A stretch of 64,000 nt of DNA from positions 1 to 64,000 of the forward strand of contig JBGTHM010000067.1 in assembly GCA_041746255.1 (NCBI GenBank). The letters run 5' to 3'. Below, piece by piece: positions 30,002 through 40,579 of the stretch. The position numbers and the translations under genes are program-made. Source of the DNA: Fibrobacteria bacterium. GTDB taxonomy: Bacteria; Fibrobacterota; Fibrobacteria; UBA11236. Below the pieces are notes generated by a model. That model was not told where the DNA came from and ran no database searches. It saw only the letters and a program-made list of their open reading frames with translations. Every line of letters begins with the position of its first letter. Position 1 is the stretch's first letter.

Positions 30002-31105
30002 TTAGCGCTCCCAATCGGGAACCGGTTTTTCATAGAAGACCAGGTATTTTCGTCCAAAAAAATTGAGCAGCAATCCCATGGCCGAGGCCGCCATTTTAGC
30101 GGAGGGTTCACTCCAACCCGAAGTAATGAGGTAATCGGTGGAACCGAGGTCGAAGAGGGCCACGGCGCATATCAAACCCAGGTATACGGATATCTCAAGC
30201 GGCTTTTTCCACAACGCGCCGCTACGAAAAAGCAGCCGCGTCGAAAGCCAATAATTCACCGCCGCGGCCGCAAAAAAGGCCGTCAAGGTGGCAGGCCATA
30301 AGGCAACTTCCACCCCCCGCAATCCAACGAAGAAAACCAGATTGGCCAGCGCAGCGATTCCGCCGATTAGCACATACAGGGCGAATTGCACCGGCAGGGG
30401 AGCCTTAGGCATATTGTATTTGAAAATGCAATAAAGCGCACGAAACCCGTCTTGCATACCGATTTTTTTGCCTTGCGCAAAGGTGCGCCCGTCGTAACGG
30501 ATTCCCATTTCATAAATCCGCAGCCGCATCGCCGCCACTTTCGCCGTTATCTCCGGCTCGAAGCCGAAGCGGTTCTCTTCGATGGGGATATTGCGAATGA
30601 TGTCTCCGCGAAAGACCTTGTAACAGGTTTCCATGTCGGTCAAATTCAAGTCGGTCAACATATTGCTCAGCAGGGTGAGCAGGCGATTTCCCAGGGAGTG
30701 CCAGAAATACAGAACGCGATGCGCTTCCATCGCCATGAATCGCGAACCGAATACCACATCGGCTTTTCCGTCGCGCAGGGGCTGCAATAAGCGGAGCAAA
30801 TCCGCGGGATCATATTCCAAATCGGCATCCTGCACGGCCACGAAATCACCCGTGGTGTGGGAGATCCCCGTACGTAGGGCAGCGCCCTTACCTTGATTGG
30901 AGGGGTGCTGGAAAAGACGCACCTCAGGATACCGCTGCACCAATTCTTCCGAGACCTTTACGCTGGAGTCTTGGGAACCGTCGTCTACGATTACCACCTC
31001 GAGTTCCAGCTCATTACTCTGAAGCGCAAGGACCCTATCGACGCAAACCCGGAGGGTATTTTCTTCGTTATAACAAGGGATAACCAGACTAAGCTTCAAA
31101 TTCAT
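30002..31105 (-). CDS. GT2 polyprenyl-phosphate glycosyltransferase fused to a GtrA-like flippase domain
   Basis: LSLVIPCYNE, VDDGS, QDADLEYDP, TDMETCYK; four C-terminal TM helices with GtrA pattern (NY...LF, NFFGRKYLVF); GGAG before ATG 31105. Confidence 0.88.
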   Translation of the reverse strand: MNLKLSLVIPCYNEENTLRVCVDRVLALQSNELELEVVIVDDGSQDSSVKVSEELVQRYPEVRLFQHPSNQGKGAALRTGISHTTGDFVAVQDADLEYDPADLLRLLQPLRDGKADVVFGSRFMAMEAHRVLYFWHSLGNRLLTLLSNMLTDLNLTDMETCYKVFRGDIIRNIPIEENRFGFEPEITAKVAAMRLRIYEMGIRYDGRTFAQGKKIGMQDGFRALYCIFKYNMPKAPLPVQFALYVLIGGIAALANLVFFVGLRGVEVALWPATLTAFFAAAAVNYWLSTRLLFRSGALWKKPLEISVYLGLICAVALFDLGSTDYLITSGWSEPSAKMAASAMGLLLNFFGRKYLVFYEKPVPDWER

Positions 31106-31310
31106 GACTCCAAGGGAAAGGCCACCCCCGTCCCATACAGAGTATAGACTCCATATCGGACCCGGTTCCAGACCCAGGTTACCATAATTGCCAGTCCGGT
31201 CGCCAAACCAATCCCGGAATTGGTGAAGGTCGCAATCCGGATTTAATTTTAAAGGGGGGGAATTGCGCGGCGACATTTGGAGAGTTAGTTTTTACTTCCT
31301 CAGCAAAACT

Positions 31311-32768
31311 ATGATTTCAACAACCACTTCCGCCCGCATCGCATCAACTAAGTCATCCCATCAGACATATGGTATTATCCTCATCCTATTTCTGGTCCTG
31401 GCCGTCGTCACCCGTTTTTTCGGACTCTGGCAATGGGCATATGAACTAGATGAAATTTTCACATTACAAGACTCCCTTAGCGGTGGGTATTCGGGAAGCA
31501 CCCACCCGGCCATGTATTTCTTGGTCGACATCAGCCTTGCCATTTTCGGTGCTACGGAATTTGCGGCGCGACTTCCGGCAGCGCTGTTTGGAGTGGCTGG
31601 CATTATCGGCTTTTTCCTGCTGAGCCGATCCTTACTGGGCCATTGGGCGGCAGTAACCGGTACGCTATTTCTGGTATTAAACGCCTGGCATTTGGAACAA
31701 TCCCAATTCGCCCGTTTTTATTCGGCGTTGTTTTTTTTCGCCACTTGCGCCTATTTTTTGCATTTCAGGGCCTTGAAGCAGGGTAGCCTGAAACTTCTTT
31801 TCGTTACGCTGGCCGTTTGCGCAGTGGGGCTCTCATTTCACACCACTTTTCTGATTGTTCCCTTTACCTTGTTCGTCTTTTCAGTCTTGGCATTTTTTAT
31901 ACCGGAATTTCGGCCTTCGGAACGATCCCAAGCAGTCGCCAAAGTGCACATGTTCATCGGCTTGGGCGGCGCTATTCTTATCGGATTGCCGCTGGCATAT
32001 ATCGTGTTAAGCAATTGGGTTTCCCATTCACAAGGCGAAATCGGAGGGTGGGGCGAAGGACCATTCCACCAAGTACTGGCGCTTAGTAAAAATGTCGGTT
32101 TTTCGCTTTTCATCGCAGCCATTGCCGGCATGGTCCTCTTGTTCCGAAGCTATAAAGTCTTGGGTTATTACTTCGCCATTAACTTCGGAATTGCCCTGGT
32201 ATTTCTGACCGTGGGCTCGCTCTTCATGGATATGCGGCCCGGTTATATTTTTTTCAGCCTGCCTTTAATCATGGCTGCGGCCGGGTTTCTGGGAAGTGAA
32301 TTTATCCGGGGCCTATCCTCCCCCCGATTGGTGGGATTTCTCCCCAGCCTAATAATCGCCGCTTCGCTGCTACCCGAATTCACCTCATTTTATACTTCGA
32401 AAATGACCTTGGACATACGCGACTCTGTCCGCTTTTTACAGGAAAATTACCAGCCCGGCGACCGTATTTTGGCTTTCAATCCAGAAGTGCATCATTACCT
32501 GAAACAAAACGAGAGAGACTACGCTACCGTACCCTGGATGGGCGGAGACTTCACCGAAAATTGGGACGAAAAGCTGGCGCCCTATGCCGACGGAAATGAG
32601 CGCCTGTGGATCGTTATCCTCCAACATCGCAGCCGGCCTTCCGAAAGTTTGCAAACATGGCTTTTTAACAATTCCGCTCTGGTTTTCGAGAAACAATCCC
32701 GACGTTTCGATTACGGTGTGGACCAAATCCGTATTTTCCGCCAACTCGCCCCAGCCTTTACCCCATAA
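31311..32768 (+). CDS. Multi-pass GT-C glycosyltransferase (PMT_2/ArnT-like)
   Basis: RFFGL...LDEIFT, HPAMYF, EFAARLPAALFG, SQFARFYS; about 12 hydrophobic helices. Confidence 0.8.
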   Translation: MISTTTSARIASTKSSHQTYGIILILFLVLAVVTRFFGLWQWAYELDEIFTLQDSLSGGYSGSTHPAMYFLVDISLAIFGATEFAARLPAALFGVAGIIGFFLLSRSLLGHWAAVTGTLFLVLNAWHLEQSQFARFYSALFFFATCAYFLHFRALKQGSLKLLFVTLAVCAVGLSFHTTFLIVPFTLFVFSVLAFFIPEFRPSERSQAVAKVHMFIGLGGAILIGLPLAYIVLSNWVSHSQGEIGGWGEGPFHQVLALSKNVGFSLFIAAIAGMVLLFRSYKVLGYYFAINFGIALVFLTVGSLFMDMRPGYIFFSLPLIMAAAGFLGSEFIRGLSSPRLVGFLPSLIIAASLLPEFTSFYTSKMTLDIRDSVRFLQENYQPGDRILAFNPEVHHYLKQNERDYATVPWMGGDFTENWDEKLAPYADGNERLWIVILQHRSRPSESLQTWLFNNSALVFEKQSRRFDYGVDQIRIFRQLAPAFTP

Positions 32769-32921
32769 GGCCTGACGGCCATTAGGCTCCACCTTGGCCA
32801 TAAAACAGGTCAAGGAACACATATATTCCCCAATATCCACAAACACATGGCAATTTGCGCCGTCTTCCCCTAGAATCAAGGGGTGAAACCACCCCCAAAC
32901 CGGAAGCAAGAGGGCTTTTCC

Positions 32922-35315
32922 ATGAAAAATCCGTTTGGATCCGGTTGGAGCATCTGTGCCGTACTTTTAGCGGTAGGGTTCGCTTCGGCGGAACGACTCC
33001 AGCCTTCGGACCTGGAATATCTCGGCGCCTTTCGCGTTCCCAGTCAATCCGGGTGGGATTTCGGTGGAGAAGCTTTCACCTATTATCCGCACGGCGATTC
33101 CAAAGGACCTGACGATGGTTTTCCGGGATCGCTATACGCGTCGGGACGGGACGGTATCATTACCGAATTCACCATTCCCGCTCCAGTCAAATCGCCGGGT
33201 AAAAATCTCGACGCCTTGCCGCGCGCGCAAACCCTGCAAGGCTTTCAGAACCTGCGGCCCTTCGAGCTGCCCTACGGAGATCCACGGCTCGATCTCGAAT
33301 ACTTGCCCAAGCAAGGCTCGCAAACCACCGACAAGCTCTATTATTGCTGGGGTAGCCACTATTCTTTCGGATCCGAATCGGGTCCGTCCATGGCTTGGTC
33401 CGAACTCAACCTCTCCACCCCGAAAATAGCGGGGGGATGGTATTTACACAATGGCGGTGAAACCCAACTGACCACTTTTCATATTTCCGACTATTTGTTT
33501 AGTTCTCCCGAAGCTTGGGCACAGCAAAATACTCCCGGCAAGTTGCTCATCTCGGGGCGCTTTCGCGATGGTGGGGTAGCGGGAAAGGGGCCTACCATGT
33601 ATGCCTTCGGCCCCTGGAACGATGGCAATCCACCTGCATCGGGCGCTAAATTGAAATACACGCCCCTGCTGCATTATACGGATTCCCACCCATTTGTGGG
33701 TTACTCGGATGATGACGCTTGGAAGGGCGGCGCTTTTCTGACTACCGGTGAAAAGTCGGCGATCGTACTGGTCGGCACCAAGTCCATCGGAAAAACCTGG
33801 TATGGCGAAAACCCTGTATGCGGTGGAAGCAAAGGTTTTTGGTCGGATAAAACCCAGGGGCAGATCATTTTTTACGACACCGACGAAATCGGCCAAGTCG
33901 CCAAGGGACAGAAAAAGCCCCATGAACCTCAGCCCTATGCGACATTGAATATCGATCCCTTTCTTTGGAAAGAATATTGCACCAACGAGCATAATCACAC
34001 GGATGCAATGGCATATGACCGTAAAAGCGGACATATTTTCATTTTCGAGCCGGTGGTCGAGCCCAACTTCAATCCCATCGTGCATGTTTTCCGTCTCCAA
34101 ACCGATAATACGCCTCCCTCGAAGGTGATGGGGCTCAAGACCACCATTGAAGAAACCTCTGTGACTTTAAGCTGGAATGCGGCTACGGACGCCGAGTCCG
34201 GAATCTCGGGCTATGAAATTTTCCGGGGCGATTCGCCTTCCGCGATGCCATCGCTGGCACGGGTATTCAACACGCAAAGCTATGTGGATAAAACGGGATT
34301 GGAGGACGCCCGCCTCTATTATGCCGTCAAAGCGATAAACGGTGCGGGACTGACCAGCGCCCAACCCAGCGAGACGGTGAGTGTGGTTACCGGCGGCGAC
34401 GTGAATCCTCCCACGGTGGAGTCGGTGCAGTCGGCGGGAAACCAGAACACGCTCATGGTCTTTTTTTCCGAAAAAGTGGACCCTGCTTCGGCTACGATTC
34501 CCCTCAACTATGCCATCGACAATGGCGTTACCGTTCACAGTGCCAAGTTACAAGAAGATGGACGTACCGTGCTTTTATCCACCTCGGAGCATAAGGAAAA
34601 TAGCCAATACCATCTCACGGTTAAAAATGTTGCCGATTTGTCGAAACGCCGAAACGCCATCGCACAAAAACCCATCGCTTATAGGGTAACGAACAAACTG
34701 GATCTGCAAATCGTGCGACCCACGGGTTATCAGGCGGCCCTCGGCAAATTGAATACCGGGGAGCCGGTTTACGGCGATCGGGATTTTAAATTGGCAAAAA
34801 CCTTCGACGGTTATCAACCGGAAAACTTCCACTCGGTAAAAACTTTCAATGACGATAAAGGAGTCTCGACGCCCGAATTTTTGGTGATGGAATCGAATCT
34901 CAACGTCGAGGTTTTGGTGGGGGTCGCCAACGCGCAGAAGAAACTTTCGGGCGAAAGCCCCCTGCAATGGATGAAAGGTTGGATAAACACCGGCCATGAA
35001 GCCGTGCGTGAGCCTATCAATTTCGGCAGCTTCGTCGAGGAAATCCGTTATACCTTCTATTCGAAATCCTATCCCAAGGGTAAGGTCGTACTGGGAGGCA
35101 ATTACGGCCAAGCCGATAATATGTATGTGGTTCTGGTACAACCCTATCAAGGTTTGGTGGGGATCGACAAGGAAAGCGCTCCCCAACGCAACTCCGGAAA
35201 TCAAGGCGCCAAACCTACGATTTCCGGAAACAAATTTCGTCTGGAAGTAAAGTTCGACGGGGCCTTAAATCCGACCATGCGCGTTTACGACGTCAACGGC
35301 GCCTTGGTGAAATAG
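32922..35315 (+). CDS. Secreted multidomain protein: unknown N-terminal domain + FN3 + Big_5-like + unnamed module + short sorting-like tail
   Basis: Signal peptide; LSWNAATDAESGISGYEIFR (FN3); V-F-S-E-x-V-D...NY (Ig-like); terminal VYDVNGALVK. Confidence 0.75.
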   Translation: MKNPFGSGWSICAVLLAVGFASAERLQPSDLEYLGAFRVPSQSGWDFGGEAFTYYPHGDSKGPDDGFPGSLYASGRDGIITEFTIPAPVKSPGKNLDALPRAQTLQGFQNLRPFELPYGDPRLDLEYLPKQGSQTTDKLYYCWGSHYSFGSESGPSMAWSELNLSTPKIAGGWYLHNGGETQLTTFHISDYLFSSPEAWAQQNTPGKLLISGRFRDGGVAGKGPTMYAFGPWNDGNPPASGAKLKYTPLLHYTDSHPFVGYSDDDAWKGGAFLTTGEKSAIVLVGTKSIGKTWYGENPVCGGSKGFWSDKTQGQIIFYDTDEIGQVAKGQKKPHEPQPYATLNIDPFLWKEYCTNEHNHTDAMAYDRKSGHIFIFEPVVEPNFNPIVHVFRLQTDNTPPSKVMGLKTTIEETSVTLSWNAATDAESGISGYEIFRGDSPSAMPSLARVFNTQSYVDKTGLEDARLYYAVKAINGAGLTSAQPSETVSVVTGGDVNPPTVESVQSAGNQNTLMVFFSEKVDPASATIPLNYAIDNGVTVHSAKLQEDGRTVLLSTSEHKENSQYHLTVKNVADLSKRRNAIAQKPIAYRVTNKLDLQIVRPTGYQAALGKLNTGEPVYGDRDFKLAKTFDGYQPENFHSVKTFNDDKGVSTPEFLVMESNLNVEVLVGVANAQKKLSGESPLQWMKGWINTGHEAVREPINFGSFVEEIRYTFYSKSYPKGKVVLGGNYGQADNMYVVLVQPYQGLVGIDKESAPQRNSGNQGAKPTISGNKFRLEVKFDGALNPTMRVYDVNGALVK

Positions 35316-35365
35316 TCCCGTCCGAATCCCCGCGTCTTGCTACGGCTACCCAATCATCGCCGTGC

Positions 35366-35393
35366 TTGCCCTGTAGTCTCAAAGCGGTATAAT
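35366..35393 (+). promoter_or_regulatory. Candidate sigma70 promoter for the flippase-GT2 operon
   Basis: TTGCCC-N16-TATAAT. Confidence 0.45.
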
Positions 35394-35469
35394 CTACCTT
35401 AATCGCCCGGGGCCCCGCTGAATTCCTTCATCGGAGGCCTAGCGAACCAACCCATGGAGCATCGGCCCT

Positions 35470-36990
35470 TTGCGTGGCAGCCATAAAGTCCTTTTGCTGA
35501 GTCTTCTCGGTCTTTTTTCCCAGGCAACTTCCATTCTGCTGGGTATTGTTCTTGTGCGCCTATATCTGCCGGCGGAATACGGAACCTTTCGTCAGGCATT
35601 TTTTCTCGTTGAAACCGTGGCCTATATTTGCACCATAGCCCTGCCGGCCAGTCTCCTGTATTTTTTGCCGGGCATGAGCCCCGAGCGCCAAAAGGGTATG
35701 GTGCTGCAAACCATGCTGTCGCTGGCGGCCTTGGGTTTGGTGGGTTCAGTGGTATTGCGGCTGTTTTCGGCGCAATTTTCCGAATTGTTCAACAACCCCG
35801 AATTGGCGGAAATCCTGCCTTACTTCAGCTTCTATCCCTTTCTCCATGCCACCGTGCAACATGTAGGGGCGATGTACATGGGGCTCGATAGGTATAAAAC
35901 CGCCTCGTTAGTCCAGGCCCTTGTCAACCTCACCAAATTCCTGGTCATCATCGCCGGATCCCTCTATGGACTGAGCGTACCCGATCTCATGCGACTGGTA
36001 TTGATTTACATGGCCGCACAATTGGGGGTGGTCATCGTGATTTCCCTGCGTCCCTATCAACGCATCAAGGCTTTTTACAGCTACGAATTGCTGATTAGCC
36101 AGCTTCAATATGCCATCCCCCTGGGAATTTCCGGCATCGTCTGGTTTTTGGGCAAAGAAATCGACAAATATTTCGTGGCGGCTTTCGTACCTCCCGCCCT
36201 CTATGCAATTTACGCCGTGGGCGCGCTCGAAATTCCCGTATTCCATGAAATCAGTATCGCCATCAGTTCGGTATTGGTTCCTAAAATCGCCGAAAGCCAT
36301 AAACGCCGCGACCCTTTCGCCATTGCCCGCTTGTGGAGCGAGGTCATCCGCAAGTCCGCGCTGATTTTCGTGCCTTCTTTCGGCTTGCTTTTTTTACTGG
36401 CCGAGCCCCTTATCGCGATTTTATACACTTCGAAATACCTTCCGGCCGTGCTGGTTTTCCAAGCCTACTTGGGGCTCATATTGCTGCGCATATTCAACCC
36501 CAATATGATTTTGCAGGGAATCGGAAAAACCCAGACCGTGCTGGTCAGCTCCGTCCTTTTCATCTCGGTGAATGCGGGGCTCAATTATCTGGCCTTGAAA
36601 GTGCTGGATATGGGCATCATCGGTCCCGCTCTGGCGACGTTGGCCGCGTTCGCTTTTATGAACCTTTGGTCCACCCTGGCCGCCGCCCGACATTTGGGAG
36701 TGCGCCCTTCCGAATTCCTGCCTTTCGGTTATCTCTTCCGTATCTCAGCAGTTACTCTCGCCGCTTATGGCTTGCCCGCCTTCGCCTTCTTCCGCCTCGA
36801 GAGCTACTGGCTGCAAGGTATTTTTACCGGCCTTTCCTTCGCGGCGATTTTCGCCTTGGGTGCCAAAGGCGGCAAGCTTTACACGCAAGACGATTTGCAA
36901 CTTATATTGGGAAGGTTTCGTAAACCGACATCCGCTCCCAAATCGGAGGAAACTGATGCCGACGGTATCCGTAATCATCCCGGCTTATAA
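35470..36990 (+). CDS. wzx: Oligosaccharide flippase (Wzx/MATE-like)
   Basis: About 12-14 TM helices; LVR-x-x-x-x-x-EYG, YAIPLGIS...IDKYFVAAF...YAIYAVG pattern. Confidence 0.85.
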   Translation: MRGSHKVLLLSLLGLFSQATSILLGIVLVRLYLPAEYGTFRQAFFLVETVAYICTIALPASLLYFLPGMSPERQKGMVLQTMLSLAALGLVGSVVLRLFSAQFSELFNNPELAEILPYFSFYPFLHATVQHVGAMYMGLDRYKTASLVQALVNLTKFLVIIAGSLYGLSVPDLMRLVLIYMAAQLGVVIVISLRPYQRIKAFYSYELLISQLQYAIPLGISGIVWFLGKEIDKYFVAAFVPPALYAIYAVGALEIPVFHEISIAISSVLVPKIAESHKRRDPFAIARLWSEVIRKSALIFVPSFGLLFLLAEPLIAILYTSKYLPAVLVFQAYLGLILLRIFNPNMILQGIGKTQTVLVSSVLFISVNAGLNYLALKVLDMGIIGPALATLAAFAFMNLWSTLAAARHLGVRPSEFLPFGYLFRISAVTLAAYGLPAFAFFRLESYWLQGIFTGLSFAAIFALGAKGGKLYTQDDLQLILGRFRKPTSAPKSEETDADGIRNHPGL

Positions 36991-37924
36991 TGCGGAGCGC
37001 TTTTTGGCCGCCACGGTCGCAAGCGTACTGGCCCAAACATTCGACGATTTCGAGTTAATTATCGTCAACGATGGCTCCAGCGACGGCACCGGCGCTTTGG
37101 CCGATGCGCTGGCCGCCGCCCACCCGGAAAAAATCCGCTGCCTGCACCAGGAAAACCGGGGCGTGGGCGTAGCCCGTAACGTCGGCGCCCAAGCCGCTTC
37201 GGGAATGTTCCTGGGCTTCCTCGACGCCGACGATTTATGGTTACCGGACAAGTTGGCGGTGCAAACCGCTTATTTGCGGGATCATGCCGAATGCGGTTTG
37301 GTCTTCGCCGATGTACTCACCCTGGATGAAACCGGACGCGCCGGTACGAATCTGATGCGCCACAAAAACCCTCGATCGGGTGACATCTTTCCCTATCTTC
37401 TCCAAGAGAACTTCGTCTCCATTCCCTCGACTCTGCTGCGACGCGAGTGCTTCCAATCCGCGGGCGGGTTTTTGGAAGACCGTGATTTCATGGCGGTGGA
37501 GGATTATCATTTCTGGCTGAAAGTAACCCGCCATCATCGCGGTGCCTTTCTTAATCTTCCGCTGGCTCGCTATCGCATTCACGCCACCAGCCTGAGTAGT
37601 TCCAAGGTAGCCATGTGGGAAAAGACTTTGCGCATGCTCGATTTGTTGGCGGCCGAAGATCCCGGCATCCTAAGCGAACACCGTTCCGCCTTTCGTAAGG
37701 GCAAAGCCAACAACTGGTATGAGATGGGCTTCCATTTTTATCGCGAGGGCGACATTGCCCAGGCCGGGCGGGCTTATTTACGGGGGTTGGAGCTGGATAA
37801 AAGTCAGACTCGCATCTGGAAGGGGTTGTTGATCTGCGCTTTGGTTCCCGACGCTTGGTTACAGAGTCGGAACAACGCTATTCCCAAGGATGAAATCGGG
37901 ATTTTCCCCACTCGCCAAAACTAG
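36956..37924 (+). CDS. GT2 glycosyltransferase
   Basis: VSVIIPAYN, VNDGSSD, ARNVG, FLDADD, EDYHFW; GGAGGA before ATG 36956. Confidence 0.92.
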   Translation: MPTVSVIIPAYNAERFLAATVASVLAQTFDDFELIIVNDGSSDGTGALADALAAAHPEKIRCLHQENRGVGVARNVGAQAASGMFLGFLDADDLWLPDKLAVQTAYLRDHAECGLVFADVLTLDETGRAGTNLMRHKNPRSGDIFPYLLQENFVSIPSTLLRRECFQSAGGFLEDRDFMAVEDYHFWLKVTRHHRGAFLNLPLARYRIHATSLSSSKVAMWEKTLRMLDLLAAEDPGILSEHRSAFRKGKANNWYEMGFHFYREGDIAQAGRAYLRGLELDKSQTRIWKGLLICALVPDAWLQSRNNAIPKDEIGIFPTRQN

Positions 37925-39114
37925 CGGGACGATTCCAATACTTCCCGGTATATAGCCGCATGCTTCCGGGCAGCCTCGTCCCAGGAAAAACCGGCGGCTC
38001 TTTCCCAGCCCAATTTCCGTTTCCGGCTCCAAAGCTCATTGTCGGTTAATAAACTTTCGATATTTTCCGCAGCGGTGGCGATGTCGCCAGGGTGGCAGCC
38101 CATACCCGCATCAGCGGCCAATTCACCCAACGAAGATGCCGTGGAATGCACCACGGGCGTTCCCGCGGCCATGGCTTGCAGCATCGGAAATCCGAAGCCT
38201 TCGTAATGGGAAAGGAAAAGGAAAACCGCCGCGTCGCGAAACCATTTCACCAGAGTGTCACGATCGACCCACTTTTCCACCTGCACTTCGTCTTCCAAGC
38301 CATGACGGCGAAGCGCTTCCAGTAGCGGCGACTCCTTTACCCCCGAAAAACCGGCCACCCGCAAAGGAAAACGGCGGCGCAATTCTTCAGGCACCCTGGC
38401 CCAAGCCGCAAGCGCGCCCTCGGCGTTTTTCTGAAAGCCGTCGCCCCCTAACATTAAGCTGAAAGTACGTGCTTCGCGCGGCAAGGAGGCCTCGAGATCG
38501 AAAGTGTAAAAATCCGGATCGAGGCCGTGGTAGACAACGACGATTTTCTTTTCCGGAACAGGCATATAGCGGGCGATGTCCTGCGCCGAATAATTCGATA
38601 CAGTGATTATACGTTGGGCGCGGGGAAGCCCGAAGCGATACTGTCCTTTTAAATAAGCCCTTTGCCGGTGGAAATAAAATCGCAACTTTGGTCCTGCATG
38701 CGCGGGGATGGGAACCAGCTCTTCCAGAAAAAGCTTTTCCATCATGTCATGAACGGTAGCCACCACGGGCCTGCCCGGAAAAAAAGGAATGCGATTGCCT
38801 GGAAAATGCAACAGGTGGATGCCATGGGCCGAGGCCATGCGCGGCAGAAGGACTTGTTCCCAGTAAATTTCGGCAGGGTGGTTTTTATTGATCCATTCCA
38901 CGTTGGGCTTTCCCCCCAGACTTTTCAGCCTGGGAAGATAGCGGGCTTCCGGCTCATTATGCTCGAAACCGCGATTGATGAAAAAATAAAACCGGCAATC
39001 AGGCATCAAATCCGGCAGGCGTTCGCATAAGCGTAGCACATAAAGAGGCATGCCCCGCAAGGGTCGTAGCAAAAAGCGGGCGTCGATTCCGATTTTGGTG
39101 GTTTCAGCTTTCAA
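37921..39114 (-). CDS. GT4 glycosyltransferase (MtfB-like)
   Basis: KIGIDARF, TVHDM, SHYEGFGFPMLQAMAAGTP; likely TTG start at 39114 with GGAG. Confidence 0.88.
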   Translation of the reverse strand: MKAETTKIGIDARFLLRPLRGMPLYVLRLCERLPDLMPDCRFYFFINRGFEHNEPEARYLPRLKSLGGKPNVEWINKNHPAEIYWEQVLLPRMASAHGIHLLHFPGNRIPFFPGRPVVATVHDMMEKLFLEELVPIPAHAGPKLRFYFHRQRAYLKGQYRFGLPRAQRIITVSNYSAQDIARYMPVPEKKIVVVYHGLDPDFYTFDLEASLPREARTFSLMLGGDGFQKNAEGALAAWARVPEELRRRFPLRVAGFSGVKESPLLEALRRHGLEDEVQVEKWVDRDTLVKWFRDAAVFLFLSHYEGFGFPMLQAMAAGTPVVHSTASSLGELAADAGMGCHPGDIATAAENIESLLTDNELWSRKRKLGWERAAGFSWDEAARKHAAIYREVLESSR

Positions 39115-40501
39115 TCTTATCTCCAAACGGAAAGGCGGGTCCCATATATGCCGGAGCGGGGGCCTGCTTTGCTTCCACCTCAACCACTTCCTCTTCCATG
39201 CTTTCCGGTAAAACCGCAAGGTCACCCTGCGGGACTTTCTTACGGTGGGCTTTACTTATTTCCCGACGGATCATCGGGGGCATTAAACTGACCAGCCAGA
39301 CAAAAACCCAAGGCAATTCGAATAAAAGCATGTTCACGAACAGGGATGCGAAATTATAACCGATAAGTCCCACCCGTCCCCAAAACGCAAAGGGAATCAC
39401 CCAAAGCAAATCGGGTACCCACTCCCGATTATTCCGCACCAGAGTGGAAGCCCGGGTCAAGGCCAGGAAGGCCATCACCATGATGAGGCCATATAGGAAA
39501 AGGCCCGGAAATCCGGTCGAAGTCAGAATTTGGAAGGGCGTGCTATGCTCCACCTGCGCACCGTCTTGAAAACGCGCCGGAAAATGAACTTGGCAATACT
39601 CCATGAAATTGTATAACCCAATGCCGGTAATGGGGTGCTCCAGCCCGATTTTCCATGCATACTCCCAATAGTCCAACCGATTGGCGGCGGAGGATTCCTC
39701 AGTCGGAGCCTTCAAGGTATCCATCCGATCGAAAAGGTCGTTGGGCAGAAAGTAGAGGCCCACCGCCACCAGTGCAACCATCGCGAAGGTATTGCGCACG
39801 GGCTTGGTGGAGGTGGTAGAACCTACCAGAAAAAGGAGCCCCAAGCTCAGGAAGGCGCCGCGCGACTTGGTATAAAGTATGCAGAGTACGATGAAAAGGA
39901 GATACAAGTTGTATCCGAATCGCATCCAAAGTTTGGGCATGACACCCTTGAACCCGATTAACGCCCCTAAGGCGAGTATAACGGCGGCGGCAAACGTATT
40001 GTTATCGCCCGCGAAGCCGTTGATACGATCGACAATATGCCCTCCGCCCTGCAAGGATAAAGAGAATCCGGACTTGGAAGCGACCAGACCCAAGCTGAAA
40101 ACCATGGTGAACAACACCCATTTCAGCTCGCGCATATCACGGATGCTCCACAGTAGCACCAGTGCCACCGGAGCCGCCGTCACCCAAAAGTGCCGGTAAT
40201 AGAGAAGGGAAACTTCGGTATTGGTACCCATATGGCAGCAAAGGTAGAGCCACGCTGAGAACGCCAGGTACAAGAGAATGATGGGTGTCGGTGCGTTCCG
40301 GGCGCGTCCATGGATGACGATGGAAACGATTAATACCCCGAGGGCAATGATGAAAACCGGCTGATAATTCCAAAAACCCCAGCCGAAATCGTAGGGCTTG
40401 AGAAACCAAATGAACATGAGGTTAAGCGTGGCGAAAAACGGCGAATACAAAGCGGCAATTAATCCGGCGGAGATGGCTAAAGTGATGGCTATGTCGCGCA
40501 T
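39104..40501 (-). CDS. O-antigen ligase/Wzy_C family protein (exosortase-A-associated ligase-like)
   Basis: MRDI N-terminus, GDNNTFA, TKSRGAFL, SAANRL-x-x-W...HPITGIG, EHS; multi-pass membrane protein. Confidence 0.82.
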   Translation of the reverse strand: MRDIAITLAISAGLIAALYSPFFATLNLMFIWFLKPYDFGWGFWNYQPVFIIALGVLIVSIVIHGRARNAPTPIILLYLAFSAWLYLCCHMGTNTEVSLLYYRHFWVTAAPVALVLLWSIRDMRELKWVLFTMVFSLGLVASKSGFSLSLQGGGHIVDRINGFAGDNNTFAAAVILALGALIGFKGVMPKLWMRFGYNLYLLFIVLCILYTKSRGAFLSLGLLFLVGSTTSTKPVRNTFAMVALVAVGLYFLPNDLFDRMDTLKAPTEESSAANRLDYWEYAWKIGLEHPITGIGLYNFMEYCQVHFPARFQDGAQVEHSTPFQILTSTGFPGLFLYGLIMVMAFLALTRASTLVRNNREWVPDLLWVIPFAFWGRVGLIGYNFASLFVNMLLFELPWVFVWLVSLMPPMIRREISKAHRKKVPQGDLAVLPESMEEEVVEVEAKQAPAPAYMGPAFPFGDKIES

Positions 40502-40512
40502 GATTTCCCAGA

Positions 40513-40541
40513 TTGGAAAGACACTGAAATTGAAGTAAAAT
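40513..40541 (+). promoter_or_regulatory. Candidate sigma70 promoter, copy 1 of a duplicated motif
   Basis: TTGGAA-N17-TAAAAT within ATTGGAAAG-N10-TGAAGTAAAATTAAC, also present at 49038-49071. Confidence 0.6.
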
Positions 40542-40579
40542 TAACTCGGTTTTCGCCCTCGGACCGGAAAACACCTCCC

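Noticed and set aside
36767..36955. N-terminal extension of the GT2 ORF (similar extensions at 28693, 31276, 39225, 52281, 57765, 62109)
   Set aside because: Overlap neighbouring genes or lack an RBS; downstream starts have an RBS or translational coupling and match family N-termini
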